This document shows positions 1 to 9,328 of a stretch of 25,557 bases of DNA, piece by piece. The first letter of the stretch is position 1. Each line of letters begins with the position of its first letter. The notes under the pieces are model-generated. The model was given only the letters and a program-made list of their open reading frames with translations. It was not told the origin of the DNA and ran no database searches. The stretch is taken from NCBI GenBank assembly GCA_038323125.1, contig JBBQGO010000001.1, positions 1 to 25,557 of the forward strand, given 5' to 3'. The stretch comes from Pyrinomonadales bacterium (lineage in GTDB: Bacteria; Acidobacteriota; Blastocatellia; Pyrinomonadales; Pyrinomonadaceae). The position numbers and the translations under genes were made by a program.

Positions 1-1
1 C

Positions 2-817
2 ATCGCGAATTTCGAAGTTACGGAAAAAATGCTTCAGCATTTTATCCGCAAGGCACACAACGGTAAGTCCTGGGTCCGCCCCAGGGTGGTGATCGGAATA
101 CCGTCCGAGATCACACAGGTCGAACGCCGCGCGGTCGAGGACTCAGCCTACAGGGCCAAAGCCTCTGAGGTTTACCTCGTCGAAGAGGCGATGGCCGCTG
201 CTATCGGTGCAGGCTTGCCGATCACGGAGCCGCACGGCAACATGGTTGTCGATATTGGCGGGGGCACCACGGATATCGCAGTTATCTCGCTTTCCGGCAT
301 CGTCTACTCCCGTGCCGTAAGGGTTGCCGGAAATGAAATGGACGAGGCCATTACGCAGTACATCAAGCGTAAATACAACCTGCTCATCGGCGAGCGCACA
401 TCCGAGGCCATTAAGATCGCTCTAGGCAGCGCATTCCCGCTCGAAGAACCTCTATCAATGGACGTCCGGGGCCGCAATCTGATCGAAGGGATCCCAAAGA
501 CTATTACGATGACCGACGAAGAGATCCGCGAGGCGTTGTCCGATTCGGTCTCAACGATCATCAATGCCGTCAGGGTGGCCCTCGAGCGGACGCCGCCGGA
601 ACTGTCGGCCGATATCGTCGAACGAGGTATCGTATTGACGGGCGGCGGGGCTTTGCTGAAAAATCTGGATAAACGGCTAATGATCGAAACAGGGCTTCCG
701 GTCGTGATCGCCGATGACCCGCTTTCGTCCGTTGTCCTTGGTACGGGCAAGATGCTTTCAGATTTCGAACTCCTCAAGCGTGTTAAGTGGGACAATTCAT
801 TGATGACAGGCAACTAA
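2..817 (+). CDS. mreB: Rod shape-determining actin homolog MreB (5' end lies before the window)
   Basis: Frame is open from position 2 (IANFEVTEKMLQHFI...). Motifs DIGGGTTDIAV, GERTSEAIK and VLTGGGALL are actin/MreB ATPase signatures. First gene of an mreBCD-mrdA-rodA cluster. Confidence 0.97.
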   Translation: MANFEVTEKMLQHFIRKAHNGKSWVRPRVVIGIPSEITQVERRAVEDSAYRAKASEVYLVEEAMAAAIGAGLPITEPHGNMVVDIGGGTTDIAVISLSGIVYSRAVRVAGNEMDEAITQYIKRKYNLLIGERTSEAIKIALGSAFPLEEPLSMDVRGRNLIEGIPKTITMTDEEIREALSDSVSTIINAVRVALERTPPELSADIVERGIVLTGGGALLKNLDKRLMIETGLPVVIADDPLSSVVLGTGKMLSDFELLKRVKWDNSLMTGN

Positions 818-901
818 ACTCTTCCGGACATGCAAAGTGCCGCGTGCCGGTCCGAAAAGCGTCCCTAACGCAGGCTCCGGACCTGCCGCACCCCTCTTTC
901 T

Positions 902-1795
902 ATGGTTGAGCGCAGTCAAAAAGATGTGTGGCGGCTGACACCTAGGCTGATGATCGCCCTGCTCCTGATCAATTTTGTTCTGATGGCCTTTGACGCGAGA
1001 GAGATCAGCAGCGGCCAGCGGGTCATCCGGGCGTGGACCCAGACCGCGGCAGACTTTGTCCAGTCGCCGGTTACAACCGTCACTTCCTCGATCTCAAACT
1101 ATTTTATTTCTATTTCAAATCTGCGGTTGGCACAGGACGAGAACAGCCAACTGAAACAGCGCGTTCAGGAGCTTGAGATCGAATTAAAACAGAATTCGGA
1201 GCTGGCCTCTGAAAACACGCGGCTCCTCTCGCTCTTAAGTCTAACGGAACAAAGTCAGTACAAGGTGTTGACTGCCAGGATAATCGGGCGGGACCCGTCT
1301 GTTTGGTTTGACTCATCGATAGTCAACCGAGGCAGCCTCGATGGGGTCACACTCAATATGCCGGTGGTGACCAATGGAGGCGTCGTAGGCCGTGTGACCG
1401 CCGTCAGCCCCCTGACATCTCAGGTAGATCTGATAACGCGCGATAAATCGGGCCTTGGGGCGGTGATAGGGGAGATCGGTGTTTCTAACGCTCTTGGCGT
1501 CGTCACCGGCACAAGCAAGCGGGAACTTCTGGAAATGAAGTATATTCCCGGCCACATTGACGTCGAAGTCGGCCAGGTAGTCTTTACTACTGGGCAGGAT
1601 GGAATATTTCCGGCGGGGTTAAAGGTTGGCGAGATCGTCAGCCTCGTTCGCGGATCGGCGACGACGCCGCATCAGATCATGATCCAGCCGGCCGCGCGGC
1701 TCAATTCGATGCAGGAAGTTGGCATCCTGCTCTATCAGCCCCCCGAACGCATAGAATTTGAGAAAACGCTGCCGAACGCCGTCAAACCGAAATGA
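902..1795 (+). CDS. mreC: Rod shape-determining protein MreC
   Basis: N-terminal TM helix, coiled coil (ENSQLKQRVQELE), then ARIIGRDP...NRGSLDGV...PVVTNGGVVGRV and TGQDGIFPAG.KVG beta-domain motifs; directly after mreB. Confidence 0.95.
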   Translation: MVERSQKDVWRLTPRLMIALLLINFVLMAFDAREISSGQRVIRAWTQTAADFVQSPVTTVTSSISNYFISISNLRLAQDENSQLKQRVQELEIELKQNSELASENTRLLSLLSLTEQSQYKVLTARIIGRDPSVWFDSSIVNRGSLDGVTLNMPVVTNGGVVGRVTAVSPLTSQVDLITRDKSGLGAVIGEIGVSNALGVVTGTSKRELLEMKYIPGHIDVEVGQVVFTTGQDGIFPAGLKVGEIVSLVRGSATTPHQIMIQPAARLNSMQEVGILLYQPPERIEFEKTLPNAVKPK

Positions 1796-1867
1796 ATGGT
1801 ACGGCCGGTAACTAAATATTGTACTAGCGGAGGCGAACGAATTTGATCGCCTAATACGCCGGAAGTT

Positions 1868-2413
1868 ATGGAAGGGGTAAAGTTAACAGTTTCACTGATC
1901 ATCGCTGTGATCCTGCAATGGACGCTGCGGAATGTCTTTGAACCGTTCGCCTATATAGACCTGCCGCTGATAATCGTCGTATATGCCGCATTGCAACGCA
2001 ATTCGATCCGTGCCATATTGTTTGGAACCCTTTCCGGCATCTCGGTCGACGCTCTCAGCGGGGGCCTGCTGGGTGCCAGCGGATTCTCCAAAACCCTTGT
2101 TGCTTATTTAGTTTCCGAGATCGCCCGGAGGGTCTATATGGACAACCTTCTGCTACGGATTCCCGTCTTAGCGGGAGCGTGTCTGCTTGACGATTTTGTA
2201 TACTATGGATTACACCGGCTCCTCGGCCAGCCACCCGTGGGTGACGCGGTGGTGATAGCCGCATATTCGCTGATCGGTACGACCATTGCAGGCACACTCA
2301 TTTACATGCTTTTACAGAACGTCTCGGTCGACGGGACCCGTCCCAAGAGAAGAGATATGTTCGCACCGCGACGTCAGACCCGGCGGCGCAATCCGATACG
2401 GCTAAACAAGTGA
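1868..2413 (+). CDS. mreD: Rod shape-determining protein MreD
   Basis: 181-aa multi-TM protein with DLPLIIVVY and G...DALSGGLLG motifs, between mreC and mrdA. Confidence 0.9.
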   Translation: MEGVKLTVSLIIAVILQWTLRNVFEPFAYIDLPLIIVVYAALQRNSIRAILFGTLSGISVDALSGGLLGASGFSKTLVAYLVSEIARRVYMDNLLLRIPVLAGACLLDDFVYYGLHRLLGQPPVGDAVVIAAYSLIGTTIAGTLIYMLLQNVSVDGTRPKRRDMFAPRRQTRRRNPIRLNK

Positions 2414-2443
2414 ACGAGCAGTTCCTGATTTGTTTTCTGAAGT

Positions 2444-4336
2444 ATGAAAATAGGAGATCATGTACAAAATCTCGGTTTGAGAGTCGTCGCCATTCAGGTC
2501 ATGGCTTTTATATTGCTTGCCCTGCTGGGGGTCCGCTTATATTACCTGCAGATCGTGAAGGGGGATTATTATAGCGACAGGGCGGAAAGTCAGCGCGTGC
2601 GTTTCATACCGATCCCTGCTCCCCGCGGTGCGATAATGGACCGCAACGGAAAGATACTCGTAGATTCGCGGCCCACCTATAACATTGTCCTCTCAAATGA
2701 ACCTCTAAAGTCGATCAACGTGAATGAACGTGTAGACGATTATTCGCTCGGCTTAAACCTGGACCCACAGTTTGTTATCGAGCGGCTCAATCTCATCAAG
2801 TCTCAAAACGAATTTGAAGCATTGGTCCTCAAGGACAACGCGGACATGGGCGATATTACATGGGTCGAATCTCATTCGTTGGAGTTTCCGGAGCTTCGCG
2901 TCGAGTTGCAGCCTCAGCGGTTCTACCCACTGGGAACCACACTTGCGCATGTTCTCGGATATGTCGGCGAAATAAGCCCGGCCCAGCTAAAGGAGCGCGA
3001 CAGGCAGGAAAAAGGATTCAGGCCCGGCGACATTATCGGCAAGGGGGGCCTGGAACAATATTACGACGAGTACCTGCGCGGCCGTCCAGGCTATCGAAAG
3101 GTGTTGGTGGACAGCCGCGGGCGTGTCCAGAGCGAACTCCAGATCGTTGCGCCGCAGTCCGGCCAGGACCTGGTGACAACCATAGATCTCGATCTGCAGA
3201 CAACAGCGGAGCTTCAACTCGCAACCTCGACCACGAAGCGAGGGACGGTCATTTCCATGGACCCAAACAACGGCGAGATCCTGGCCATGGCATCCGCACC
3301 ATCGTTCGATCCGAACATATTTGTGCGCGGCAGTTCGACCCCCGAGGGCCGCAAACAGATCGCAGCGTATTGGCAGGACGAAAAGCGGCCGCTTTATAAC
3401 CGGGCCATACAGGGAAGGTATCCGCCCGGTTCGACTTGGAAAATACCTGAGTCTGTGGCGGCACTGCAGCAGGGACATATAACCGTAGCACGATCGAATG
3501 TCGCCTGTGGGGGCGGTATTAAGATCGGCAACAAATTTACGCGCTGTATGGGCAGCCACGGTTCGCCCCCTCTAAGCTTCGCGATCACGAAATCGTGTGA
3601 CGGGTATTATTACCGCATCGCGCTGATGATGGGTATCGACGGCATAACCGAGATGGTCGAGAATTTTGACTTCGATAAGCGCTCCGGTGTTGACCTGCCA
3701 AATGAAAAGATCAGTCAAACGCCGAAGAGCTGGCGAAAATGGGTCGAGAAGAATGAGGGCAAATGGAGCGATATTCGCACCGTTTACTCGGGCATTGGCC
3801 AGGATACCGTGGTGACCACGCCGATCTCATTGCTTCGGGCGATCGCGAGTATCGGGGTTGCCGGTAATATGCAGATCCCTCATTTTATGCGTGAGATCAG
3901 GCCGATCTCGGCTGTCGGCGAACTCGGAGATGTAAATTACTTTCCTGAGCGTTCGGGTTTTCCGTACTCGTATACTCAGCCGAAGCTGATCGAGATGACG
4001 CCGGAACAGAATGAGGTGATGGTAAAGGGTATGTGGGGCGTTGTTAATGGCGGCGGCACTGCGGGCTCGATACGTATCCCCGGATTCGAGATCGCGGGAA
4101 AGACAGGAACGGCCCAGGTTGCCGAACTGGGCAAGGATGTCGGAGAAAATAAGGATCACGCCTGGTTTGTTTCGTTCGCTCCTGCGTATAAGCCTGAGAT
4201 CTCAGTGATCGTTCTGATCGAGAACTCAGGGTTTGGCGGTTCGCATGCGGCTCCAGTGGCCAAGGCTGTCTACGAGGCTTACTTAGAAAAACATCCGCGA
4301 TCGGCGGTCGAGGGCCAGGAGGTTGCCGCACGATAG
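2444..4336 (+). CDS. mrdA: Penicillin-binding protein 2 (class B transpeptidase)
   Basis: RLYYLQI anchor, PAPRGAIMDRNG dimerisation domain, catalytic SxxK (PGSTWK), SxD (KSCD), KTGTAQ; upstream of rodA. Confidence 0.96.
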   Translation: MKIGDHVQNLGLRVVAIQVMAFILLALLGVRLYYLQIVKGDYYSDRAESQRVRFIPIPAPRGAIMDRNGKILVDSRPTYNIVLSNEPLKSINVNERVDDYSLGLNLDPQFVIERLNLIKSQNEFEALVLKDNADMGDITWVESHSLEFPELRVELQPQRFYPLGTTLAHVLGYVGEISPAQLKERDRQEKGFRPGDIIGKGGLEQYYDEYLRGRPGYRKVLVDSRGRVQSELQIVAPQSGQDLVTTIDLDLQTTAELQLATSTTKRGTVISMDPNNGEILAMASAPSFDPNIFVRGSSTPEGRKQIAAYWQDEKRPLYNRAIQGRYPPGSTWKIPESVAALQQGHITVARSNVACGGGIKIGNKFTRCMGSHGSPPLSFAITKSCDGYYYRIALMMGIDGITEMVENFDFDKRSGVDLPNEKISQTPKSWRKWVEKNEGKWSDIRTVYSGIGQDTVVTTPISLLRAIASIGVAGNMQIPHFMREIRPISAVGELGDVNYFPERSGFPYSYTQPKLIEMTPEQNEVMVKGMWGVVNGGGTAGSIRIPGFEIAGKTGTAQVAELGKDVGENKDHAWFVSFAPAYKPEISVIVLIENSGFGGSHAAPVAKAVYEAYLEKHPRSAVEGQEVAAR

Positions 4337-4339
4337 AGA

Positions 4340-5461
4340 ATGGCTGCCATCATCGACAAACACGATCTTAGAGATTTTGACTGGCTGACTTCGCTGTTGG
4401 CGTTGGCGATCGCGGGCTTTGGCGTTTGGCAGATCCACAATGCCCTGCCAACCGAAAGCTATTGGTCTAAACAGATCATAGGCATCGGTATCGCGCTGGT
4501 TGCTTTTCTGGTAGTGGCATTTAGCGACTATCGCCGGATCATCGAGGCCGCTCCGTTATTTTACGGCATCGGATTGGTTTTGCTCCTCTTAGTGCTCACC
4601 CCGCTCGGTGTCGAGGTCAACGGGCAAAAAGCGTGGCTGAGGATACCTGGGATCGGACAGCAGTTCCAACCCTCTGAGTTTGTCAAGATAACGACGGTCT
4701 TGATGCTCGCCAAGTATTTCGGTGCTCGCAAAGCAAAGACGCTGACGTTCAAGGAGATGATGGTTGGCGCTGCGATCCTGGCGGCGCCGATCTCACTCAT
4801 AATGCTGGAACCAGACGCGGGCCAGGCCATAACGTACTTTCCAATACTGGCTGCCGTCCTTTTTCTTTCAGCGGTTCGAATCAGGTACGTCGTGATCATA
4901 ATCGTTGCCGCGGCGATCTTTATTCCTTCGGCATGGGTCGTCGGCGTCAAAACCGGCATGATCAAGCGGTATCAGCAGGAACGTATAATGGCGATCATCG
5001 ACCCCGACAGCGTCGACCCGCGGGGATATGGTTATCATACGATCCAGTCGACCATTACTGTCGGCAAAGGCGGGCTATCGGGATTAAAGGGCGACACTGA
5101 AACTTCACAAAGCGTTTTAAAGTTTCTGCCGGAACCTCATACCGATTTTATTTTCGCGGTAACGTCCGAAAATACTGGCTTTATCGGGTGCATCTCGCTG
5201 CTGCTCGCCTATGCGTTGCTGCTGTCCAGAATGATAGCAGGTGCTCGAGAGGCATCGGATAGGGCGGGAATGCTTGTTATAATGGCAATTGTATGCGGCA
5301 TGGTATTTCAGATATTTATGAATGTCGGTATGGCAGTCGGGTCTTTGCCTGTCATCGGTGTCCCGTTGCCGTTATTGAGCGCGGGGCTTTCGGCGATCAT
5401 GTCGACGTTTGTCGCTATTGGTTTTGTGGTCAGCGTAAAGCTGCGTCGGTTCGTCAACTAG
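4340..5461 (+). CDS. rodA: SEDS peptidoglycan polymerase RodA
   Basis: Multi-TM protein with QPSEFVK, EPDAG, LPEPHTDFIFAV and GVPLPLLSAG SEDS motifs; 3 nt after mrdA. Confidence 0.96.
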   Translation: MAAIIDKHDLRDFDWLTSLLALAIAGFGVWQIHNALPTESYWSKQIIGIGIALVAFLVVAFSDYRRIIEAAPLFYGIGLVLLLLVLTPLGVEVNGQKAWLRIPGIGQQFQPSEFVKITTVLMLAKYFGARKAKTLTFKEMMVGAAILAAPISLIMLEPDAGQAITYFPILAAVLFLSAVRIRYVVIIIVAAAIFIPSAWVVGVKTGMIKRYQQERIMAIIDPDSVDPRGYGYHTIQSTITVGKGGLSGLKGDTETSQSVLKFLPEPHTDFIFAVTSENTGFIGCISLLLAYALLLSRMIAGAREASDRAGMLVIMAIVCGMVFQIFMNVGMAVGSLPVIGVPLPLLSAGLSAIMSTFVAIGFVVSVKLRRFVN

Positions 5462-5472
5462 GAGGTTAAGCG

Positions 5473-8043
5473 GTGGCAGTAAATTTACAGAAATTTAAGA
5501 CAGCAAGGGCAGTTTCGAATGGTTCGGGGAAAAGCTGGGTCCCAGGCCTGACGTTTTTAACAGCAGCTCTGATCCTGGCCTTATCAGCCGGTGCTCTCAC
5601 CGGTGTGCTCGCTTCGTACTACCTCAACAACTCGCGCTACACGGTCGAGGTCTCGGCGTTGGCCACCTATAGGCCGCCCCAGGTGACGACCATCTACGCT
5701 GATGACGGCGAGACTATCCTTGCCGAATTTGCCATCGAGAAACGCATTCCGATCAAGATCCAGGACGTGCCGGACAAGGTGACCGACGCTCTGCTCGCCA
5801 TCGAAGATTATCGCTACCGCGACCATATCGGCATCGACCCGTACCGTATAGCCGGCGCTATCGTACGTAATATTACATCGAGCCGAACCGAGGGAGCATC
5901 GACTATCACGCAGCAGCTTGCCAAAAACCTGTTTTTGTATAAAGACCAGACCTATACTCGAAAGATAAATGAATGGGCTGTCGCCTTGCAGATCGAGCGG
6001 TTATACACAAAGGACCAGATCCTGGAGATGTATATGAACTACGTCTTTCTGGGCGCAGGGGCATATGGTTTTGAGGCGGGGTCGCGGACTTACTTTGGTA
6101 AATCTATAAAGGACCTTAGTCTGGAGGAGGCCGCCCTTTTAGCCGCCATCCCGAAGTCGCCGGAATATTCGCCAACCCGAAGCCTCGAAAAAGCCAAAAT
6201 GCGACGCGATATCGTGCTTGATCAGATGACCAAGTACTATCCCGACAAATATTCGCAAGCTGACGTAGATGCCGCAAAGGCGACCCCGATCAACCTTGCC
6301 GGAACGGCGTATTACCAGTCGCAGCCAAAGTCCACGGCTTGGGATTACCCGGTAGAAGAGATCCGCAAGTCCCTCGAAGACAAGTACACGACGCGAGTTG
6401 CACAGGGTGGTTTGAAGGTCTATTCAACCATCAATGTCGAAGCCCAGAAGATCGCTACTCGAACCATTCGCGAACGTCTGCGCGCCTATGACCGAGGCCG
6501 GCGTTGGAGATCGGATTATAAGAACATACTTCTCGATCCGGACGATGTACCGCTCACGGATGAGAAGGAGATAACAAAAACGCTCGAATCCTTCAAACAC
6601 CCGGACTGGTACGGCGACGATTACAAAGAGGGCGAGTACATCAAGGGCCTCGTGATGAAGGCAAATAGCGGAGCCGATGAGGTTGGTGTTCGGTTCGGGC
6701 GATACAGAGCCATCGTGCGTCCGGCCAACATGGGCCGAAGCGGCAAAAAGCCGCGTGAAGAACTTAAGCCCGGATTCCTCGCCGAGTTCCTGATCAAGGA
6801 GGTCGATAAGGACGAACAGACGCTTAGTGTTGAGCTTTCGCAAGTTCCCGAGATCCAGGCTTCAATAGTTTCGATCCATGCGCAGACCGGCGAGATCGTT
6901 TGTATGGTTGGCGGCTATGATTTTCATACCAGCAAGTTCAATAACGCCACGCAGGGGCTTCGGCAGACGGGATCGGCTTATAAGCCGTTTATCTACACCG
7001 CGGCGGTTGAAGATGGGATGACGCCTGATATGACCGTCAGCGGAGCCCCGATACGCCGCGGAGGATGGGCGCCGCACAACTATGACGGTAGTATGAGCCA
7101 CGGTAATGTACCGATGAAGATAGCTCTCGCCAAATCGTATAACATCGCTGCAGTGCACCTGCTCGAACAGGTCGGAATTCAAGCCGGCGGGCAGATGGTG
7201 CGTCGATTTGGTATTACAAACCCAATGGCCCCAAGCCTGCCGTCGGCTCTGGGCGCCAGTGAGGCCTCGCTGCTCGAGATGACGGCCGCGTACTCGGTAT
7301 TTCCAAATAAGGGGATCAGGATGGCCCCGCATTTGATACGCAAGGTCTATAACCGTGACGGCAGCCTGCTTGAGGAATATGACGGCTCGAGTTCCAAGGT
7401 AACCAGCGAATATGTCGCGCTGACGATGGTGCAGATGCTCAGGGGGGTAACCACCGGGGGCGGGACGGCGCCCGGTGCTAACGCTAGCGGACATCAGCTC
7501 GGAGGTAAAACCGGTACTGTAAACGATCACACTGATGTGTGGTTCGTGGGCTTCACGCCATCCTATGCCACCGGCGTGTGGATGGGAAATCCCCTGCGAA
7601 AAGAAAATCTCGGGAGGGGAATGACGGGCGGTGCTGGTGCCTTGCCCTATTTCAACGCGTTTATGATCCCATTTATGAAGGACAAGCCGCGTGAAACCTT
7701 CCCGGACCCGCCGCCGATGCCCTCAGAGGTCAAACGTGCCAGCGAACTCCGAAAGCGTGAGGAACTCGAGAAACTGGAGGAAGCCGACCTAAAGGGTCGT
7801 CAGACCGGCATCGCATTCACACCCGGCACCAAGATCGACCCGGATGCACCTATTTCAGGAGGTGCGGGTGACGAGCCGGGACAATCAAATCCGCCGCCCG
7901 CTGCGGTCAAGCCCGCGGGCGATCCGCCCGAGAGGCCGCCCGTCGTGAGGCCGCCCGTCGTTATCCAGTCAACTCCCAAGCCGGAACCACAGCCTGAACG
8001 GCCTATCGGCTCGACGCGAAAGGGACGAAAGGGGGACGGATAG
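5473..8043 (+). CDS. mrcA: Class A bifunctional penicillin-binding protein (PBP1A family) with a Pro-rich C-terminal tail
   Basis: GTG start after GGAGGT. Glycosyltransferase motifs EDYRYRDHIGID and GASTITQQLAKN; PBP1A-type insert between the domains; transpeptidase motifs GSAYKPF, SYN, KTGT. Confidence 0.92.
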   Translation: MAVNLQKFKTARAVSNGSGKSWVPGLTFLTAALILALSAGALTGVLASYYLNNSRYTVEVSALATYRPPQVTTIYADDGETILAEFAIEKRIPIKIQDVPDKVTDALLAIEDYRYRDHIGIDPYRIAGAIVRNITSSRTEGASTITQQLAKNLFLYKDQTYTRKINEWAVALQIERLYTKDQILEMYMNYVFLGAGAYGFEAGSRTYFGKSIKDLSLEEAALLAAIPKSPEYSPTRSLEKAKMRRDIVLDQMTKYYPDKYSQADVDAAKATPINLAGTAYYQSQPKSTAWDYPVEEIRKSLEDKYTTRVAQGGLKVYSTINVEAQKIATRTIRERLRAYDRGRRWRSDYKNILLDPDDVPLTDEKEITKTLESFKHPDWYGDDYKEGEYIKGLVMKANSGADEVGVRFGRYRAIVRPANMGRSGKKPREELKPGFLAEFLIKEVDKDEQTLSVELSQVPEIQASIVSIHAQTGEIVCMVGGYDFHTSKFNNATQGLRQTGSAYKPFIYTAAVEDGMTPDMTVSGAPIRRGGWAPHNYDGSMSHGNVPMKIALAKSYNIAAVHLLEQVGIQAGGQMVRRFGITNPMAPSLPSALGASEASLLEMTAAYSVFPNKGIRMAPHLIRKVYNRDGSLLEEYDGSSSKVTSEYVALTMVQMLRGVTTGGGTAPGANASGHQLGGKTGTVNDHTDVWFVGFTPSYATGVWMGNPLRKENLGRGMTGGAGALPYFNAFMIPFMKDKPRETFPDPPPMPSEVKRASELRKREELEKLEEADLKGRQTGIAFTPGTKIDPDAPISGGAGDEPGQSNPPPAAVKPAGDPPERPPVVRPPVVIQSTPKPEPQPERPIGSTRKGRKGDG
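7932..7961 (+). repeat. Perfect in-frame 15-bp tandem duplication (GAGGCCGCCCGTCGT x2, encoding RPPVV-RPPVV)
   Basis: Read directly at 7932-7946 and 7947-7961 in the PBP1A tail. Confidence 0.95.
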
Positions 8044-8045
8044 AA

Positions 8046-8115
8046 AAGGATGAAGGATGAGGGATGAAGGCGGAGGGAGAAAGGATGAGGGATGAAGGAT
8101 GAAGGATGAAGGAGA
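8046..8115 (+). repeat. Left arm: ten tandem heptamers, consensus A(A/G)GGATG
   Basis: Units: AAGGATG AAGGATG AGGGATG AAGGCGG AGGGAGA AAGGATG AGGGATG AAGGATG AAGGATG AAGGAGA. Starts 2 nt after the PBP1A stop codon. Confidence 0.97.
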
Positions 8116-8486
8116 TGTGGGAACTCAAAACAAACCCATTGAACTGAGGTTGAGACTTCGCCAATATTCGCTTAGGATAATCCGCCTTTATGATTCTTTT
8201 CCTAAATCCGGTGCGGTTCACGTGATCACACACCAACTCCTCCGGTCGGGAACGTCACCCGGGGCTCAGTACCGCGAAGCTTGTCGAGCGAAGTCGGATG
8301 CTGATTTCGTCAGCAAAATAGAACGCCTTACAAGAACTGGAGGAAAGCGATTACTGGCTAGATCTTTTGGTGGGGGGTGATTTTTCACACAAAGACAAAC
8401 TCCAACCGCTGATCGATGAAACTAATGAGTTGATCGCGATCTTTGTATCCATCGTCCTTAAAGCCAAAGGGCGAAAGAAAAAATAG
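8099..8486 (+). pseudogene. Four-helix-bundle protein (TIGR02436 / 23S rRNA IVS / Avd-like), frameshifted at about 8324
   Basis: The first frame gives QLLRSGTSPGAQYREACRAKSDADFVSKIE. The +1 frame from 8325 gives ALQELEESDYWLDLL...LIDETNELIAIFVSIVLKAKGRKKK with a stop at 8484-8486, the expected second half of this family. Start is ATG 8099 or GTG 8117. Confidence 0.88.
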
Positions 8487-8496
8487 CTGATGATGA

Positions 8497-8562
8497 CTGC
8501 CTTCATCCTTCATCCTTCATCCTTTCCCCCTCCATCCTTCATCCTTTCGTCCTTTCATCTTT
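8497..8562 (-). repeat. Right arm: about nine CATCCTT-type heptamers, inverted relative to the left arm
   Basis: CTGCCTT CATCCTT CATCCTT CATCCTT TCCCCCTC CATCCTT CATCCTT T CGTCCTT T CATCTTT. The outermost unit overlaps the esterase stop codon. Confidence 0.97.
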
Positions 8563-9295
8563 TCACAAACTCCCCGAGATAGTAGGGCAGCATCTTACGC
8601 CACCAGACCCAGTCGTGGTTGACGTCATGGCCCCACACGTCCAGGCGGTGCGGTATGCCCTTTGAATGCAAAAGGCCCGAGAATTCGCGACTGCGGTCCG
8701 GTGCCTCAAATGAACCCTGTCCCGTTACGACGACGATCGAATCCGCCTGTCTCAGCCGCGGCAGGTGAAAGTCATCATTTAGATGCTTTAGGTACATCGC
8801 AGGGTTATTAAAGTAGACGTTGTCGTCGAAGTACCTTTCGAGATAATTGTAGATATCGTAACTGCCGCTCATTGCGATAGTGCCGCGGAAATTATCGCTG
8901 TGCTTTAAATAAGTATTGGCCGCCAGAAAGGCTCCGAGCGAGGCTCCAGTCGTCAGGGGCTTGGCGTCATCGCCGCATTCGTTACGGATCAACGGCAGAA
9001 CTTCTTCGAGGATGTAGCGGTCATACCGGGCCAGCATCTCGACCTTCCAGGAGGGATGAGATTCCTTGTTCAACAGGCTATAGCGGTTTACCGAGTTGAT
9101 CGAGTAGGCCCTGATCAACCCGGCGTCGATGTAATCCTTGATCGCGTCCACCAGGTAGAAACGCTCATATTCCAAATAGTCGGCCGCAGCCGTCGGAAAC
9201 ATTAGCAGCGGATAGCCGGTATGCCCATATGCCACCAGCGGCATGTCCATTCCCAGATTGTGGCTAAACCACGATGTAATATCTCGTCGCATCAA
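8555..9295 (-). CDS. Putative esterase, alpha/beta hydrolase fold
   Basis: GASLG nucleophile elbow and C-terminal WGHDVNHDW His motif. SD GGAG upstream; start is TTG 9295 or ATG 9292. Confidence 0.85.
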   Translation of the reverse strand: MMRRDITSWFSHNLGMDMPLVAYGHTGYPLLMFPTAAADYLEYERFYLVDAIKDYIDAGLIRAYSINSVNRYSLLNKESHPSWKVEMLARYDRYILEEVLPLIRNECGDDAKPLTTGASLGAFLAANTYLKHSDNFRGTIAMSGSYDIYNYLERYFDDNVYFNNPAMYLKHLNDDFHLPRLRQADSIVVVTGQGSFEAPDRSREFSGLLHSKGIPHRLDVWGHDVNHDWVWWRKMLPYYLGEFVKR

Positions 9296-9328
9296 CGATT
9301 GTTCTCCAATATGAATTGTCTAAGTGGG

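Noticed and set aside
304-7530. Antisense and alternate-frame ORFs inside the Rod operon (for example 304-813, 2987-3559, 6862-7530) and similar shadows elsewhere
   Set aside because: They overlap well-supported conserved genes and are typical of GC-rich coding DNA.
8003-8236. 77-aa minus-strand ORF across the left arm
   Set aside because: Its HPSSLIL/HPSSF pattern is just the translated heptamer repeat, and it is antisense to the four-helix-bundle gene.
8046-8562. Heptamer arrays as a CRISPR array
   Set aside because: Units are 7 bp and contiguous with no unique spacers, and there are no cas genes.
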